This document shows positions 20,443 through 28,630 of a stretch of DNA of 64,000 nt, one piece after another (position 1 is the stretch's first letter; the number at the start of each line of letters is the position of its first letter). The notes under the pieces were generated by a model. It was not told the DNA's origin. It did no database searches and worked only from the letters and a program-made list of their open reading frames with translations. This DNA is from a virus. A program made the translations under genes and the position numbers. The stretch is from positions 3,756 through 67,755 of the IMG/VR virus record IMGVR_UViG_3300033149_006617; one strand, 5' to 3'.

Positions 20443-20703
20443 ATGCCCAATGGTGTCACGTTCGATGACGTCAAAAAAATGAGCGAAGAGGAATTCAGGA
20501 CATTATACGCCATGAATTACAGCGCCAACAAGGAAAGGTTCGACCGGATAGAAAGAAAGCTGGAATCCATTGATAGTAAGTTGGATGGATTAATCCAATG
20601 GAAAATATCCATGACTACTAAGATCATCGTTGTATCAGGGGCAGTAGGTGCTATTGTGTCAGTGTTGTTGCGAGTTTTGGGTGATAGATTATTTGGTCTG
20701 TAA
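20443..20703 (+). CDS. Holin-associated/hemolysin XhlA-like membrane protein
   Basis: Coiled coil plus one C-terminal TM helix. Confidence 0.5.
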   Translation: MPNGVTFDDVKKMSEEEFRTLYAMNYSANKERFDRIERKLESIDSKLDGLIQWKISMTTKIIVVSGAVGAIVSVLLRVLGDRLFGL

Positions 20704-20718
20704 AGGAGGTGGCATACT

Positions 20719-20973
20719 TTGGGTATCGAGCTAGCGGCTGGAGCGGTTGTTTCTGCACTGACGGAGATCATTGGTTCCATTACCATCGGGGGGAAGAGCC
20801 TCCCCACGTGGGCAAAATACTTGTGTGTAATCCTGCTTGGGTCTATCATTACCACCGTGCTGGTCTATGGTAACTTCACCAATGATACATTCACTAAGGC
20901 ACTGGTCGCAGTCATCACCGCAGCATTTGGAACTCATGCAACAGCCAAAGCCATAACAAAGACCGCAGGATAG
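20719..20973 (+). CDS. Putative holin
   Basis: 84 aa, 2-3 hydrophobic segments, basic C-terminus, strong SD. Confidence 0.6.
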   Translation: MGIELAAGAVVSALTEIIGSITIGGKSLPTWAKYLCVILLGSIITTVLVYGNFTNDTFTKALVAVITAAFGTHATAKAITKTAG

Positions 20974-20983
20974 GGGTAGAAAA

Positions 20984-22264
20984 TTGGATATAGAGAAGTT
21001 CAGAAATGTTGGCATCAAAAACATTTCGGTTGATGAACTTTATGACCTAGCGGTGGCGTGCGGGAGTATCCGTGCTGCCGCTAGAGTTATTAATGCATCG
21101 CAGGGATGGGTAAACGAAAAGTTACATAACTATTGCAAGAAAACCGGCAAGCCGTTTCCCGCGCACGCCCCCAGTAGCAAAGAAGATAAGGAACCTCAGC
21201 CCCCTAGTATTACATCACTTTTAAAGGCCAACACTGCCCTTCGCCGCGAAAATGAGCGGTTGCTGGGGAAGGTAGATATAATTATTGATATTCTACGGAC
21301 AGAGATACAAGCATTACCCCCCGCACCTTCTCCTAAGATACACACCCCCAAGAAAGCAAAAGGAAGGGAGCAAATAGCGTCATTATTATTGGGCGATTGG
21401 CATGTAGGCGAGAAGGTCGAGTCAACAACCGTCGCAGGATTGACTGAATATAATTACGGCATATTTCTCGAAAGGGTAGACATGATCCAGAATGCGATCT
21501 ATAGTATCATCGAAAAGGAGCGCACCAGTTGCCCCATTAATAGGTTGATAATAAACATCCTTGGGGATATGATAACTGGGGAGATATGCTTTGACGGCCA
21601 AGCCCAGCAAATTGATCTTGCGCTGTACCACCAATATACATTAGGGGCGCGGCGGCTTGCGCTCTTCATTAGAGATATGGCCGGATTCTTCAACCAGGTA
21701 GACGTGCGGGCCATCCCTGGAAATCACCCCGAAGGCAGGAAGGGGCAACAGAAAAAACACCCTCTAAGTAAGGAAGAAGTAGTTTTCCTGTTTATGACTG
21801 GCATGTACTTGGCCGAGCAAGATAATGTAACTTTCGTTATCAGTCCGTGTACATACATGGTGTATGAGATATTCGATAAGAAATTCTTATTGCTACATGG
21901 CCATGAGGCTCGGCGTCACATGAGGGTGCCCTATTATGCTATGGATAGACTTGTGCCTCAATTCGTGCAACTTTTCAGGATCAACTTGGATTATGTATAT
22001 CTTGGGCACCACCATGTCGGCGCGGAAATCGAGCAAATGTACACGGAGAGATTTCATAATGGTAGCCTAGTAGGGGGTAGTCATTATAGTATTACTGGCC
22101 TCCAGGAGGTGTCATTCCCGCTCCAAAAATTGCATGGGATTCATCCAGACTGGGGGGTCACGTGGAGATACAATTTGAAGGCAGGTGAACCGGTTGAACT
22201 GACTCCAGATGAAAACGGTATCTATACACCAACGGTAGATGTGAAAGATTTAGGAAAACTATAA
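20984..22264 (+). CDS. Calcineurin-like metallophosphoesterase with N-terminal HTH
   Basis: GDWHVG, LGDMITG, PGNH, LLHGH, LGHHH. Confidence 0.82.
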   Translation: MDIEKFRNVGIKNISVDELYDLAVACGSIRAAARVINASQGWVNEKLHNYCKKTGKPFPAHAPSSKEDKEPQPPSITSLLKANTALRRENERLLGKVDIIIDILRTEIQALPPAPSPKIHTPKKAKGREQIASLLLGDWHVGEKVESTTVAGLTEYNYGIFLERVDMIQNAIYSIIEKERTSCPINRLIINILGDMITGEICFDGQAQQIDLALYHQYTLGARRLALFIRDMAGFFNQVDVRAIPGNHPEGRKGQQKKHPLSKEEVVFLFMTGMYLAEQDNVTFVISPCTYMVYEIFDKKFLLLHGHEARRHMRVPYYAMDRLVPQFVQLFRINLDYVYLGHHHVGAEIEQMYTERFHNGSLVGGSHYSITGLQEVSFPLQKLHGIHPDWGVTWRYNLKAGEPVELTPDENGIYTPTVDVKDLGKL

Positions 22265-22269
22265 AGGAG

Positions 22270-22851
22270 ATGAAAATGGAAAAAGAAGTAGAAAACGAAT
22301 TGCGTAAGGTATTCGACGAGGTGCTCCATGATGTGTTGGAGAAGATGGAGAATACTGCCAGTAAACTCCCCCCATATACATTCACCAAGCATGATTGCGC
22401 CGCAGAGGAGCTGGATGAATATAAGGATGCCATCGCTTGGTCAATCTTGCACCTTGTGAGCCGGAAATTACACTTCAAAAACATATTCGAGGCACTCAGC
22501 CCATATTCCCCTGATAATAAGTGTTTTAGGCTAGGTGTAGATTTCGATGGGGTAGTAGTCGAGAATGGCCATTACCCTGAGATAGGGCCTCTACTCCCTG
22601 GGGCAAAAGAAACGCTACAGAGGTTGCGCGATGCAGGCTACTACATAATTATATGGTCATGCCGATGGAATCCATTTTTTGATGATGCTGATGAGCAATA
22701 TGAATTGGTCAGGCAATTTCTGGATGACAACAACGTACCCTATGCCGAAATTGCGCGGGAAGGGGGGAAGATATTAGTAAACGCCTACATTGATGACCTA
22801 GCCATTGAGTTCAGAAATTGGAAGGGAGTTGAAAGACTATTCTTAAAATAG
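22270..22851 (+). CDS. HAD-superfamily phosphatase
   Basis: VDFDGVV, IIIWSCR, K..AYIDDLA. Confidence 0.8.
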   Translation: MKMEKEVENELRKVFDEVLHDVLEKMENTASKLPPYTFTKHDCAAEELDEYKDAIAWSILHLVSRKLHFKNIFEALSPYSPDNKCFRLGVDFDGVVVENGHYPEIGPLLPGAKETLQRLRDAGYYIIIWSCRWNPFFDDADEQYELVRQFLDDNNVPYAEIAREGGKILVNAYIDDLAIEFRNWKGVERLFLK

Positions 22852-22863
22852 GGAGGGCCTGTT

Positions 22864-22992
22864 GTGGCCAACTTCAAGCGTAAGCGCTCCAGGAAATCCA
22901 CCAATAGAAATTCCAAACCTGTGCAAAAAACCGGCAACGGCAAAGAGAGATATTCCTTCCGTGAGAGGCGTCGGAGAATGATATACCACTAG
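22864..22992 (+). CDS. Small basic protein (42 aa, not in the ORF track)
   Basis: GGGAGG SD, GTG start, MANFKRKRSRK...RERRRRMIYH. Confidence 0.5.
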   Translation: MANFKRKRSRKSTNRNSKPVQKTGNGKERYSFRERRRRMIYH

Positions 22993-23003
22993 GAGGATGT
23001 TCA

Positions 23004-23639
23004 ATGGCAATCCAAGTGTATCAGGAGGATATAGCCCGTGTGGCCGAAAAAGTAATTACCGCCCGCCAATCAGGGGCTAGGAGCTATACTATTGGAGAAA
23101 CAGTATTCAGGCTGGATGTTGGTGGCTATTGCGCACGTTTTGTAAGGCAATGCCATGAGGCGGCGATGGGCCTGCATCCCTTCAGATGGGAATTTTGTGC
23201 CCCTGACGCCATTGAAATGGAAGAGAATCTAAGGTTGGCCCGCCATCAAGTAGAAAACGCTCAGCGCGGGGACATCATTGCATTCAATCGCAATAGCGGC
23301 CCACACGGGCATATTGGCATTTATTTGGGAAACGGCAAGGTTGCCGAGAATACCATTTCAGGCAGGAGGGGTAATCCACGCAAGCCAGGGACTAAAATTT
23401 CCCGCATAGATGAAATAGGCCGGTGGAGAATAACCGGCTTCTACCGCCCGTTACCCAATGGAGACGAAATAAGGCTTATTAATTTGGATTCGCCAGGTTA
23501 TACCCAGGTCATAGAATGTAATCTATCCATAGAACAGGGAACCGCAAGGGCTGATGTCCGTCCCTTGTTAGAGGCACTAGGTTATGAGGTGATCCCCCAT
23601 ATAATTGACCAGAGGAAGATTTATGTGAGGAAAATTTAG
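23004..23639 (+). CDS. Endolysin, NlpC/P60-CHAP type, with copper-amine-oxidase-N-like C-terminal domain
   Basis: GYCARFV catalytic Cys, RGDII.F, HGHIGIYLGNG; C-terminal 'DVRPLLEALGYEV'. Confidence 0.75.
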   Translation: MAIQVYQEDIARVAEKVITARQSGARSYTIGETVFRLDVGGYCARFVRQCHEAAMGLHPFRWEFCAPDAIEMEENLRLARHQVENAQRGDIIAFNRNSGPHGHIGIYLGNGKVAENTISGRRGNPRKPGTKISRIDEIGRWRITGFYRPLPNGDEIRLINLDSPGYTQVIECNLSIEQGTARADVRPLLEALGYEVIPHIIDQRKIYVRKI

Positions 23640-26011
23640 CCTTTCTTTTGGCGTTTTTCTTCGCCCCAAGCCGATGTTACGGCCATGTCAATCGGCATAG
23701 AAATATGGATGAATGGCATGGGGGCTTCCATCATTTCCTTGATGATTTCCTTGGCTAGCGGTACGCTCTCTTCCAGCACCTCAAAACACAATTCATCGTG
23801 TGTCTGGAGCACTACATGAGCGTCCAACCCTTGGGCCGCGAGGGCGTACTCACACCGTAATTGGGCCACAAATACCAAATCCGACGCTCCACCCTGAATA
23901 GGGGTATTGCATGCCTCGCGCTTAGCCTTTTCTCTGCGCCATTTATCGGGGCTATTTGCACCAGGTATATGTCTTATCCTGCCAAGCGGATTTCGGACTA
24001 TTCCAGTCCTCACCGCTGTCTTCCATGTATCATTCTGCCAGCGCCTTACCATAGGAAATCTACCGAGGAAATTCTCTATGAGAGCCTCCGCTTCACCAAC
24101 TGTAACCCCGATGTTTTTTGCTAGACCATAAGGGGTCTCACCATATAGGATCCCGAAAACAACTGCCTTGGCCCTTGTCCGGTCACTTGGTGTTTGCTTT
24201 TCCTTTGGTATGCCGAAAACGGCTTTGCACATTTCTGCATGTATATCTTCCTGCCGTATGCTGGCAAGCATAGCAGGGTCGTTTGCTACCGCTGCCTGTA
24301 CTCGTACTTCTGCTTGCTTGAAGTCAGCCTCAATAAACTTGTAGCCCTCCCTGGGGACGAACATCTTACGCTCTTCTTTGGGGACATTTTGGAGATTAGG
24401 ATTACTGGAACTAAGCCTTCCTGTAACCGTTCCACCAACATCCTCATCGCGCTCGGCTTCCGCCCGCGCTAGATGGTAGTTGGTATGGATTATATCCTCG
24501 CCGATGTAACGTTGCACGTAAGTGCTGTTGGACTTTACAATGCTTCTATATTCCAATATGAGGTCTATTATGGGATGTTCTAATGCTTTTAATGTACTCT
24601 CATCGGTACTCCACCCTGTTTTAGTAGCCTTGACTGGCTGGAGCCCCAATTCATCAAAAAGTATTTCCTGTAATTGTTTTGGGGAACCGATATTAAATTC
24701 TCTTCCTGCCATAATGTAGATTTCTTTCTTTAGTTCCTCCAGCCGCGCTTTTTGTTGAACGTTGGTCTCCTCAACTGTACTTGTATCTATTCGCACTCCC
24801 CTAAGTTCAACGTTTATAAGGCTCCTTTGCATTGGCATCATTATACAACGCATGAATTTGTCTAACTTCAATTGCTTTAGCTTCTTACTAAACACTTTAT
24901 AAAGCCTTATAGTAGCATCAGCATCTCTCGCCGCATAAGGCTCCAATATTTTCGGTGGAATGGAGCCGAAGTTCCTCTTCTCCTCTGGGATTTTTTTGTT
25001 GTTTTTAATGTGGCTAAACAGATCGTCAACTTCCCTCGACCATGCTGGCATCCTAGCATACCTCACCGCCGCATGCTTGAGGGAATGAGATTCGAGTTCA
25101 TTAATAAGGTGATGCGCAAGCAATGTATCCCAATAGTATCCATTTATCTTCATGCCTTTGTTGCGGAGCACCTTTACATCAAATGCACCAAAATGTGCCA
25201 CTTTCCTCCATTTGTAGGAGCCAAATAATTCTAATAGCCTCTTAGCAATCTCCAACTTGTCATGCTCCCCCCACACCGATTTAAATTCGCGCATAATAGG
25301 GAGCACATATCCTCTCCCAGGTTTATCCGAAAACGAAAAGCAAATAACATCTGTATCATAAGGATTAGTGCTGGTAGTCTCCAGATCAAATGACCAGATT
25401 TTGGAGCCATAGAGCACATTCCACAAGTCGTCCAACTTATCGTGGGTATCAATGATTATTACGTTGGTGTCAACTGTTTCTACTTTTTTGCCGACCAAAA
25501 AATCGCGCAAAGAACGGATACCCACCATAAACTCCGGTATATTACCTGGATTATGTAGGCAAGCAGATGGATGAATTATGGGGAGGAGCATACAGTCAAA
25601 TTCTTCGTTGTATTCCCATATCGCATTGGCCTTATTTATACCGGTCCTGCCGGTCAATGTTTGATATGCAACGGCACCGAAGGCCACAATTGCCTTGCGT
25701 GGATACTTTCTGATGACCTTCTCCAGGTATTCCCTGCACGCATTGATGGTAGCAGTTGTAGCCTTGTAATTTTCGCCGCCAGGAAAGCACCTCGTAGCAT
25801 TCGTAACCAAAAATGACTTCCTATCAAGTCCTACAGATGCTAATGCCTTATCCAGAAACTTACCGGCAGGACCTGTAAAAACCCTGCCGGTCTCGTTTTC
25901 CGTTTCTCCAGGCTCCTGGCCTACCATCACAATATCAGCCTTGGCGGGGCCAGTGTCCTTTACCTTTCCCTGTAGCCCCAAATGATTCAATGGGCAGTCA
26001 TTACATCCCAT
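23636..26011 (-). CDS. polA: Family A DNA polymerase with 3'-5' exonuclease and N-terminal family-4 uracil-DNA-glycosylase-like domain
   Basis: CxxC, VGQEPG, HPS (UDG4); FDLETT, YAARDA (exo); TGRLSSSNPNLQN, ADFKQAEVR, RAKAVVFGILYG, THDEL. Confidence 0.93.
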   Translation of the reverse strand: MGCNDCPLNHLGLQGKVKDTGPAKADIVMVGQEPGETENETGRVFTGPAGKFLDKALASVGLDRKSFLVTNATRCFPGGENYKATTATINACREYLEKVIRKYPRKAIVAFGAVAYQTLTGRTGINKANAIWEYNEEFDCMLLPIIHPSACLHNPGNIPEFMVGIRSLRDFLVGKKVETVDTNVIIIDTHDKLDDLWNVLYGSKIWSFDLETTSTNPYDTDVICFSFSDKPGRGYVLPIMREFKSVWGEHDKLEIAKRLLELFGSYKWRKVAHFGAFDVKVLRNKGMKINGYYWDTLLAHHLINELESHSLKHAAVRYARMPAWSREVDDLFSHIKNNKKIPEEKRNFGSIPPKILEPYAARDADATIRLYKVFSKKLKQLKLDKFMRCIMMPMQRSLINVELRGVRIDTSTVEETNVQQKARLEELKKEIYIMAGREFNIGSPKQLQEILFDELGLQPVKATKTGWSTDESTLKALEHPIIDLILEYRSIVKSNSTYVQRYIGEDIIHTNYHLARAEAERDEDVGGTVTGRLSSSNPNLQNVPKEERKMFVPREGYKFIEADFKQAEVRVQAAVANDPAMLASIRQEDIHAEMCKAVFGIPKEKQTPSDRTRAKAVVFGILYGETPYGLAKNIGVTVGEAEALIENFLGRFPMVRRWQNDTWKTAVRTGIVRNPLGRIRHIPGANSPDKWRREKAKREACNTPIQGGASDLVFVAQLRCEYALAAQGLDAHVVLQTHDELCFEVLEESVPLAKEIIKEMMEAPMPFIHISMPIDMAVTSAWGEEKRQKKG

Positions 26012-26130
26012 TAACGATTCCTACCTTTACGCCCACCTTTGGGCGGATTGCATCCTCCTCGGCCTCTATTGGCCCCTACGCCTCTTCCACTGCCGTCTTT
26101 CTTTGGAACGCCCTTTTTTGATTTGGCCAT
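26011..26130 (-). CDS. Small Gly/Lys/Arg-rich protein (39 aa, not in the ORF track)
   Basis: MAKSKKGVPKKDGSGRGVGANRGRGGC...; GGAGG SD; TAATG overlap with the polA start. Confidence 0.65.
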   Translation of the reverse strand: MAKSKKGVPKKDGSGRGVGANRGRGGCNPPKGGRKGRNR

Positions 26131-26136
26131 ACTCTA

Positions 26137-26472
26137 TCACCTCCCATCATTTAAGGCCCTCTCGATTGCTTGGATAATTTGCTCCTTAGATCGAGACCCC
26201 ACAATCATCTCGGCCACGTTGCCGCTCTTAAGAAGTAACAATGTCGGGAGGCTCCTAATACCAAAGCGTGTGGCTAGCCTTGGATTGTCATTTACATCTA
26301 CCTCCCCGACCCTAAGTCGCCCACTATATTCATTAGCGATAGCCTCTACGATAGGGGCAATTATTTTACATGGCTTACACCAATCCGCCCCAAAGTCCAA
26401 AAGCACCGGCTGTTTCGATTGAATAACCTCCGATTCAAAGTTATCAGTTGTAATCGTGATGATGTCAGCCAT
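26137..26472 (-). CDS. trxA: Thioredoxin
   Basis: PVLLDFGADWCKPCK, GIRSLPTLL. Confidence 0.93.
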   Translation of the reverse strand: MADIITITTDNFESEVIQSKQPVLLDFGADWCKPCKIIAPIVEAIANEYSGRLRVGEVDVNDNPRLATRFGIRSLPTLLLLKSGNVAEMIVGSRSKEQIIQAIERALNDGR

Positions 26473-26487
26473 TTACTTGCCCCCGTT

Positions 26488-28101
26488 TCAAGCCCGAATA
26501 AAATCAGAAATCAAATTTGGTGTAGCCATATCAAATCCCACCACGTCCAACATACCAGCATCGTTAGGATCAGCAATTGAAAATCCTGTGCTGGTCATAG
26601 CTACCACAATTAATTTAGCAGGGATGCCTGTCTCTCGGCGATATTTCTGCAATGCTTGGCAAGGATGAATGTCACCTGCCCATGTTTCATTATCGGTATA
26701 AATGACAAACGCATCAATCTCCAAGCCATCCTTGAGCGCGGACAGCATGGGCAAGGCACAATCAGTGCCACCCCACGGTATATCCTCAATTTGACGAATA
26801 ACATCATCAAGCCGTTGCCTGCTACTTATGCTAACCGGCACTAAGAGGGAATCCTCCCACCAATTAGAAGGCCCGCTAGCAAAAGCCGTCACAATAGAAT
26901 TAAGCTCCACCCGTTGAGTAACCAATGCCATAGCAGCAGATGCCCCCCTGGGGGTTAGGTTAGGAATACCACTAACACCCGCAGCCCCCATAGAGCCTGA
27001 TACATCCAATGCCAACATTATCCGTTTATTCGTAGGTTCTACATTACCAAATGCCATGTAGAATGCTCCATCAAGAGCATCTACAATAGACGCTATAGGT
27101 GCCCATCTCAATTTCCCACGAGCTCCCTGACCGGATTTATATGTAGTCAATGCCGCCAGCACGCCGATAGGATGCACCCGTGCTCTACGGAGTGCCGCTT
27201 CATCAGATACCTTTTCAATTACCTTTGACGTTACACTACTCAGTGGTTTGAGTGCCCCATTTGCCGTCATGCGCCCCAAATTGCGGATGAGCGCGGTGAG
27301 TGGCATATTGGGCACTAATGCTTGCCAAACATCCGGAGAGTTAATTACATCACCAGGTACCATCTCCCAAGTAACCCACGGATGGTTATTAATTATTCTT
27401 ATTGTTTCCTTGGGATTTCGCGCTTTCTGGAGAGCCTCGAATACTTTGATAGTTTCGGGTAGGTCCTCAGTGCTCTCGTGCTGAGTAACCCAATGGAACA
27501 ACGCATTTAATGCGGGATCAATTGCCTTCGGATGGGCTAATCTCAACAAATCCCTATGAGTCCAGCCATATCTTTGGCGATATTTGACTATTTGGTAGGC
27601 AAGTCTCTCAACTTCCTTATCAGTATACCATCGGGCTACTGCCCGTCTAAGGCTCCGCCCCCAGCCACGAAACGACTCTACTGCATCTGCAAATTGAAAG
27701 ATATGGGTTCCGATACGGCATACTTGTGGGAGCGCATCCAATGCCGCCTTCTTGGTCTTATCATCCCCCATACCTGCAGCCATCGCTAGCACAAAGATGG
27801 CAGCGTCATTTTTAGGTGCTCTGCCCTCCTCACTGATTTCAACGGTTCGATTAACTACTCGTTGCCCGTCTGCTTGTATGCACCGCAGGACCGCCTGGGC
27901 ATTATCCTTGGTGAATTCATGCTCACCCACATAGTAAGTACCACCCTCACTTCCCAGAATCAAAAAGCGGTCAAGTCGGACCCAATCATCAACCTCAAAT
28001 ACATACCCACCCGCATCGTTTACTACCTGAGACTTACCTGGGATCGGCTCTGATTGTGGGGTCTTTTGGGTTTGGAAGTGCTTTGCGTACCGCATGTTCA
28101 T
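26488..28101 (-). CDS. rsr: Ro60/Rsr TROVE-domain RNA-binding protein
   Basis: NDAGGYVF..DDW.RL.RFLILGSEGGTYY, KYRQR.GW.HRDLLRLAHP, ALIRNLG, vWA MIDAS LDVSGSM, GGTDC, YTDNETWAG, DVVGFD. Confidence 0.96.
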   Translation of the reverse strand: MNMRYAKHFQTQKTPQSEPIPGKSQVVNDAGGYVFEVDDWVRLDRFLILGSEGGTYYVGEHEFTKDNAQAVLRCIQADGQRVVNRTVEISEEGRAPKNDAAIFVLAMAAGMGDDKTKKAALDALPQVCRIGTHIFQFADAVESFRGWGRSLRRAVARWYTDKEVERLAYQIVKYRQRYGWTHRDLLRLAHPKAIDPALNALFHWVTQHESTEDLPETIKVFEALQKARNPKETIRIINNHPWVTWEMVPGDVINSPDVWQALVPNMPLTALIRNLGRMTANGALKPLSSVTSKVIEKVSDEAALRRARVHPIGVLAALTTYKSGQGARGKLRWAPIASIVDALDGAFYMAFGNVEPTNKRIMLALDVSGSMGAAGVSGIPNLTPRGASAAMALVTQRVELNSIVTAFASGPSNWWEDSLLVPVSISSRQRLDDVIRQIEDIPWGGTDCALPMLSALKDGLEIDAFVIYTDNETWAGDIHPCQALQKYRRETGIPAKLIVVAMTSTGFSIADPNDAGMLDVVGFDMATPNLISDFIRA

Positions 28102-28118
28102 CTCTCCTTAGATTTTAA

Positions 28119-28222
28119 TTCTGGGCAAGGGATGCGATGCGGAGTATTGCCCCCATATTGGGCTAGCAAGGCATATACCTTGCAGGAATCGAACCTGATA
28201 ACCACATCGCTCCGGCCCAGAA
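28119..28222 (-). ncRNA. Y RNA (YrlA-like) with tRNA-like T-arm, loop-closed acceptor stem and D-arm
   Basis: Minus strand: UUCUGGGC-CGGA-GCGAUGUGG-UUAU...CCGCAUCGC-AUCC-CUU-GCCCAGAA terminal stem enclosing CAGG-UUCGAUU-CCUG, CAAGG/CCUUG and UA-GCCC-AAUAUGG-GGGC; directly upstream of rsr. Confidence 0.88.
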
Positions 28223-28236
28223 AATTTAGTGCTTAA

Positions 28237-28363
28237 TGTCGGGCAAGGGATGTGGGGCGGAAATTCGCGCTCTACCATTGAGCTACTGGGGAGACCCCCA
28301 GACGGGACTCGAACCCGCAACCACGCCATTCCAAGTGGATAACCGCCCCACTCCGGCCCGACA
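28237..28363 (-). ncRNA. Y RNA containing a near-complete circularly permuted tRNA including an anticodon loop
   Basis: UGUCGGGC-CGGA-GUGGGGCGG-UUAU-CCA-CUUGGAA-UGGCG-UGGUU-GCGGG-UUCGAGU-CCCGU-CUGGGG-GUCU-CCCCAG-UA-GCUC-AAUGGUA-GAGC-G-CG-AAUUU-CCGCCCCAC-AUCC-CUU-GCCCGACA. Confidence 0.9.
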
Positions 28364-28371
28364 AACATAGG

Positions 28372-28442
28372 GTTCTGGATAAGTAAACGGGTAGCCGAGT
28401 GCTCTTTGTCCTAAAGATAACGGCTCCCCTCCGACCCAGAAC
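28372..28442 (-). ncRNA. Minimal Y RNA (Ro-binding stem, no tRNA-like domain)
   Basis: GUUCUGGGU-CGGA-GGGGAGCCG-UUAU-CUUU-AGGAC-AAAG-AGCACU-CGGCUACCC-GUUUA-CUU-AUCCAGAAC; same CGGAG...GUUAUC and CUU motifs as its two neighbours. Confidence 0.78.
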
Positions 28443-28464
28443 ACCAAAATTTCAATGCTATCGT

Positions 28465-28493
28465 AGTCTACACCAATTTGGGTGGTTTGTCAA
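28465..28493 (-). promoter_or_regulatory. Promoter for the Y RNA-rsr-trx-polA operon
   Basis: Minus strand TTGACA-17 nt-TAGACT. Confidence 0.75.
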
Positions 28494-28538
28494 CCCCTTT
28501 TACCAACTTTTTTCGGGGATTTTTTCGGGCTGTGGGGG

Positions 28539-28567
28539 TTGACTTTTGGGGTGGTGTGTGGTATACT
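28539..28567 (+). promoter_or_regulatory. Divergent promoter for the replication operon
   Basis: TTGACT-17 nt-TATACT with TG extension. Confidence 0.75.
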
Positions 28568-28630
28568 GTTTTCCCCAAAACCTTACCGGTGCGCTTGCTA
28601 TCGGCAATTACTAACCAAAAGGTGATGCAG

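Noticed and set aside
22270-22851. GmhB heptose bisphosphate phosphatase completing the ADP-heptose pathway
   Set aside because: The motif is DFDGV rather than GmhB's DRDG, and the CxH/CxCRKP zinc motif is absent
28268-28338. Canonical tRNA gene (T-loop GGTTCGAGTCC and D-arm TAGCTCAATGGTAGAGC)
   Set aside because: The arms are in permuted order (anticodon, T, acceptor, D), the acceptor is closed by a loop and there is no CCA end; it is part of a Y RNA
28108-28368. 86-aa minus-strand ORF upstream of rsr
   Set aside because: Overlaps the structured Y RNAs, has no convincing SD and no protein features
28478-28630. N-terminal extension of the initiator ORF in the ORF track
   Set aside because: It spans the two divergent promoters; the real start is more likely 28625 or 28631
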